A stretch of 45,352 bases of DNA, taken from the IMG/VR virus record IMGVR_UViG_3300012940_000043, positions 1 to 45,352 of that record. The stretch is one strand, 5' to 3'. Origin of the DNA: a virus (Duplodnaviria; Caudoviricetes). Position numbers and translations under genes: made by a program. This document shows, piece by piece, positions 42,743-45,352 of this stretch (positions are counted from its first letter, which is position 1; each line of letters starts with the position of its first letter). The notes beneath the pieces are model-generated. The model searched no databases. It was given only the letters and a program-made list of their open reading frames with translations, and had not been told where the DNA came from.

Positions 42743-42840
42743 ACCGGAGCGCCCATCGGTCGGGGGATCGGTGGGCGTCTCAACCATAGGCCGCGCCGAC
42801 CGAGCGCGGTTCAACCTGCATTCATCGAGAGAGAACTACC

Positions 42841-43008
42841 ATGTCGGCTGCAAGACACCTGCAGTTCGCCGATGCGGCGGACGCGCGCGACTACCTGTCC
42901 ATGAACGGCTTCCGCCGGTTCTCGGAGCGGACCTATCAGTCCCGCTACGGCAAGACCGCCCGGTGGAACCGGGGTCCGAACGGCTCTGTCTCCCTGACGA
43001 TCATCTGA
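42841..43008 (+). CDS. Hypothetical protein (55 aa, MSAARHLQFADAADARDYL...), not in the ORF track
   Basis: GAGAGAG RBS, phage-like codon usage, fills the gap. Confidence 0.62.
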   Translation: MSAARHLQFADAADARDYLSMNGFRRFSERTYQSRYGKTARWNRGPNGSVSLTII

Positions 43009-43021
43009 GGAGGCACAGCAC

Positions 43022-43213
43022 ATGGACCCGGAACAAGACTACGTCGAGCGCGTCCGCCAACTCCGCGACTACCTCGCGGAGGAGTACCGCCTGATGAGCG
43101 CGGACGAGCACGCCACCGAGACCGAGCTGTCCCGTGCCGAGGAACGCCTCCGCACGGCCGACGAGATGCTCGAAGACCTGACCGACGAGTACGCCCCCAC
43201 GGTCTCCCCGTAG
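43022..43213 (+). CDS. Small acidic coiled-coil protein (63 aa)
   Basis: Strong GAGGAGG RBS. Confidence 0.75.
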   Translation: MDPEQDYVERVRQLRDYLAEEYRLMSADEHATETELSRAEERLRTADEMLEDLTDEYAPTVSP

Positions 43214-43272
43214 GACTACTCACGGGTTTCCGTCGCCGTCCCCTCCCCATCCGGGGCGGGGGCTGCTACCGT

Positions 43273-43287
43273 GAACGGAATGAGAAC
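43273..43287. promoter_or_regulatory. Alphaproteobacterial LexA (SOS) box GAAC-N7-GAAC
   Basis: GAACGGAATGAGAAC (reverse strand GTTCTCATTCCGTTC), intergenic, upstream of the regulator and integrase. Confidence 0.7.
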
Positions 43288-43334
43288 ACACAGCCGTCCT
43301 GTGGCAATACGTCCATCGAAGCGCAGCTTGCGCA

Positions 43335-43363
43335 TTGACGCAGCTTCTGAGCTAACCCACCTT
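43335..43363 (+). promoter_or_regulatory. Putative host sigma70-type promoter for regulator/integrase with an operator in the spacer
   Basis: TTGACG-N17-CACCTT. The operator-like CTGAGCTAACCCAC lies at 43347-43360. Confidence 0.45.
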
Positions 43364-43550
43364 ATCCGGCCGGGATTGAACACCACGGTCGGTGAGGGGG
43401 ACGGCAGCAGTGCGCCGCGTCCGCAGCATCACCAGGAGTACGAGGTGCCCGAGCCCACAACGTCGAGCCGCAAGTCCGGGGAACTCACCCTGAGGGCTAT
43501 CGACTCGCGCAACCCAGCGGATAGAACCGCGAAGACGGAAGCCAATCAGG

Positions 43551-44006
43551 ATGCAAACCATGACAGCGGCCCGCCCCGGCCGGAGGGAGGGAGGCCAACG
43601 CTCAGCGAGCTTGGACAAGACTTCCGCCGGAGACTTCGAGCGTTTGGCGGCGGCGATGAAGGTGTTCGCTGCCGCGGTTCCGGAGCGGACTACCATTAGG
43701 CAGTCCCTCGCGCTCCTCCTCGTCTGCTACGCCAGCGCCATGGGACGCAGCATCACGCTGTCTGACATCCAGGACTTGGCTGGTGAAGACTTGGAGGGAC
43801 GACCCCTCATCGGGCAGACGATAGAGCGGACGCTCGACACCTTCAGGGTCCCGACCCATCGGACCCCCAACGCCCTCGGCTGGGTGACCACCGAGGAGGA
43901 CCCGCTCGACCGCCGCCGGAAGTACCTGAAGCTCACCGCCGAGGGCATCTCCGCCGCCAACGAGCTGATTACCGCCCTGCGCACCGTCACGGGCGACGAG
44001 GAGTAG
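43551..44006 (+). CDS. MarR-like winged-helix regulator (candidate repressor)
   Basis: ITLSDIQ helix, LGWVTTEEDPLDRRRKYLKLTAEG MarR wing motif, directly before the integrase. Start uncertain. Confidence 0.8.
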   Translation: MQTMTAARPGRREGGQRSASLDKTSAGDFERLAAAMKVFAAAVPERTTIRQSLALLLVCYASAMGRSITLSDIQDLAGEDLEGRPLIGQTIERTLDTFRVPTHRTPNALGWVTTEEDPLDRRRKYLKLTAEGISAANELITALRTVTGDEE

Positions 44007-44011
44007 CTGAC

Positions 44012-45121
44012 ATGAACCTCCGCCGGAAGCCAAACGGCGTCTGGCTGGTGGACTACGAGGACCCCGAGACCGGGGCTCGCCGACGTGTGTCCACCGGCCT
44101 GACCGACAAGAGCGAGGCCATGAAGAAGGCCCGCGACATCATCCTCGGGCTGGACACCAAGTCCGCCAAGCCGCGCGCGCCGGGCGCAGGCCCCGCCGGG
44201 AAGTCCTCGGGCTTCACGATGGCCGACCTGTTCCGCAAGTGCGAGCTGACCGTCTGGTCGCCCCGGGAGTGCAAGTCCCAGGCGACCGTGCGGTCCAACC
44301 TGAAGTACCTCTCCGCCAAGCTCGGCGACGAGCTGGTGACGGACATGACGTACTCCAGGCTGGAGAAGCTGGCCGAGGACATGTTCGCCGAGGGACTGGC
44401 GGCCGGCACCGTGAAGCGCAAGCTCGACATGGTGTCCAAGGCCCTGACCATGGCGACCAAGTGGACGGACGAGGCCGGCCGGCCCTACCTCATGGGCAAG
44501 CCCGCCTTCCCCCAGATCACGGCCCGCAACCAGCGCGACCGGGTCCTGGAGCCGAAGGAGGAGGCGGCAGTGTTCGTCGCCATCGCCGAGCGGCGGCTGA
44601 AGGAGCCGACGCGCGACTGGCGGCGTTTCGGCATCCTGATCCGGTGGCTGCTCGACACGGGCTGCCGCCTGGGCGAGGCGCTGAACGTCCGCGACACGTT
44701 CCTGGAGGAGGAGGGTACGGGCAACGAGCGGACCACGTTCGTCACCTTCCCCCGCTACACGACCAAGAACGACAAGCCCCGGAGGCTGCCCCTGACCTCG
44801 GCCATCGAGGCGGAGCTGCAGTACCTGAAGATGGCGGCCATCGACGGCCGGCTGTTCCCGCTGAAGCCGGCGACCGTCTGGTACATGTGGGACAACATCC
44901 GCGGCGACCTGAAAGCGAAGGGCTACGACCTCTCCGACGTCGTGCTCCACACCATGCGGCACACCTGCGGGACCCGGCTGGCGAAGAGCCTGCCCATCCA
45001 CAAGGTCTCCCTGTGGCTCGGGCACAGCTCCGTCCAGGTCACCATGGACCACTACATGCACCTCCAGAGCACCGACTTCCTGGACGCGAAGGGCGTCCTC
45101 GAAGCTCATCCTCTGAGTTAG
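44012..45121 (+). CDS. int: Tyrosine integrase
   Basis: Catalytic set TGCRLGE (R), TKND (K), HTMRH (H-x-x-R), LGH, HYMH (Y). N-terminal arm-binding-like domain. Confidence 0.96.
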   Translation: MNLRRKPNGVWLVDYEDPETGARRRVSTGLTDKSEAMKKARDIILGLDTKSAKPRAPGAGPAGKSSGFTMADLFRKCELTVWSPRECKSQATVRSNLKYLSAKLGDELVTDMTYSRLEKLAEDMFAEGLAAGTVKRKLDMVSKALTMATKWTDEAGRPYLMGKPAFPQITARNQRDRVLEPKEEAAVFVAIAERRLKEPTRDWRRFGILIRWLLDTGCRLGEALNVRDTFLEEEGTGNERTTFVTFPRYTTKNDKPRRLPLTSAIEAELQYLKMAAIDGRLFPLKPATVWYMWDNIRGDLKAKGYDLSDVVLHTMRHTCGTRLAKSLPIHKVSLWLGHSSVQVTMDHYMHLQSTDFLDAKGVLEAHPLS

Positions 45122-45229
45122 CGCAGATAATCCGCCATCAAAATGTCTGAGTAAGTGTCGGCCATTCGTGCCCAGGTCGGCACTTACCGGACCCCCCTAT
45201 CTCGTTGAATTTCCTACAGGTTGTTGGCA

Positions 45230-45243
45230 CTCTCACCGCCACC
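45230..45243 (+). repeat. attR core CTCTCACCGCCACC
   Basis: Duplicate of the tRNA 3' end, 109 bp after int. Confidence 0.93.
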
Positions 45244-45352
45244 GCCCTCGCCCGCCCGGGGTCGCTCGCCCTGATCGCCGGGGCCTCCCGGCCCTAGGGG
45301 CCCGTGCGCCGGACCTTGCGGAAGGTGACGCTCGAAGGCCCCGCGTCGATGC

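Larger units (their letters stand above)
110..45243 (+). mobile_element. Complete T7-like (Autographiviridae-type) temperate prophage integrated in tRNA-Ser
   Basis: Flanking 14-bp direct repeat, tyrosine integrase next to attR, and a full T7-like gene set (RNAP, SSB, primase-helicase, Pol A, exonuclease, portal, scaffold, capsid, tail tubes, internal proteins, terminase). Confidence 0.95.

Noticed and set aside
43271-43699. 142-aa ORF overlapping the regulator
   Set aside because: Low-complexity, spans the LexA box and putative promoter. Not called as a gene, although a shorter version from GTG43445 cannot be excluded.

Overview
The window holds one apparently complete T7-like (Autographiviridae-type) temperate prophage of about 45.1 kb. 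It is integrated at the 3' end of a host tRNA-Ser(GGA) (14-bp att core CTCTCACCGCCACC at 110-123 and 45230-45243). The host is GC-rich and probably an alphaproteobacterium, judging from a GAAC-N7-GAAC LexA box. All convincing genes lie on the + strand, circularly permuted relative to the virion map: attL, single-subunit RNA polymerase, DNA metabolism genes with an embedded lysis cassette, portal/scaffold/capsid/tail/internal virion proteins, tail fibres, terminase, a non-coding terminal region, early genes, a winged-helix regulator, a tyrosine integrase and attR. The most striking signal is in the early region (38.5-41.6 kb). Four intact hammerhead ribozymes (three type III with co-varying loop-loop contacts, one type I) punctuate the early operon. 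The first one would release an upstream, highly structured, unassigned RNA of about 310 nt. The prophage also carries about 10 copies of a 14-bp CTG-N8-CAG operator-like motif, 3 copies of a 19-bp putative phage promoter, an SOS box before the regulator/integrase, a gp3.5-type amidase lacking two zinc ligands, and non-canonical starts for the RNAP and a holin-like gene. All calls come from reading the sequence by eye; no database searches or folding programs were run.
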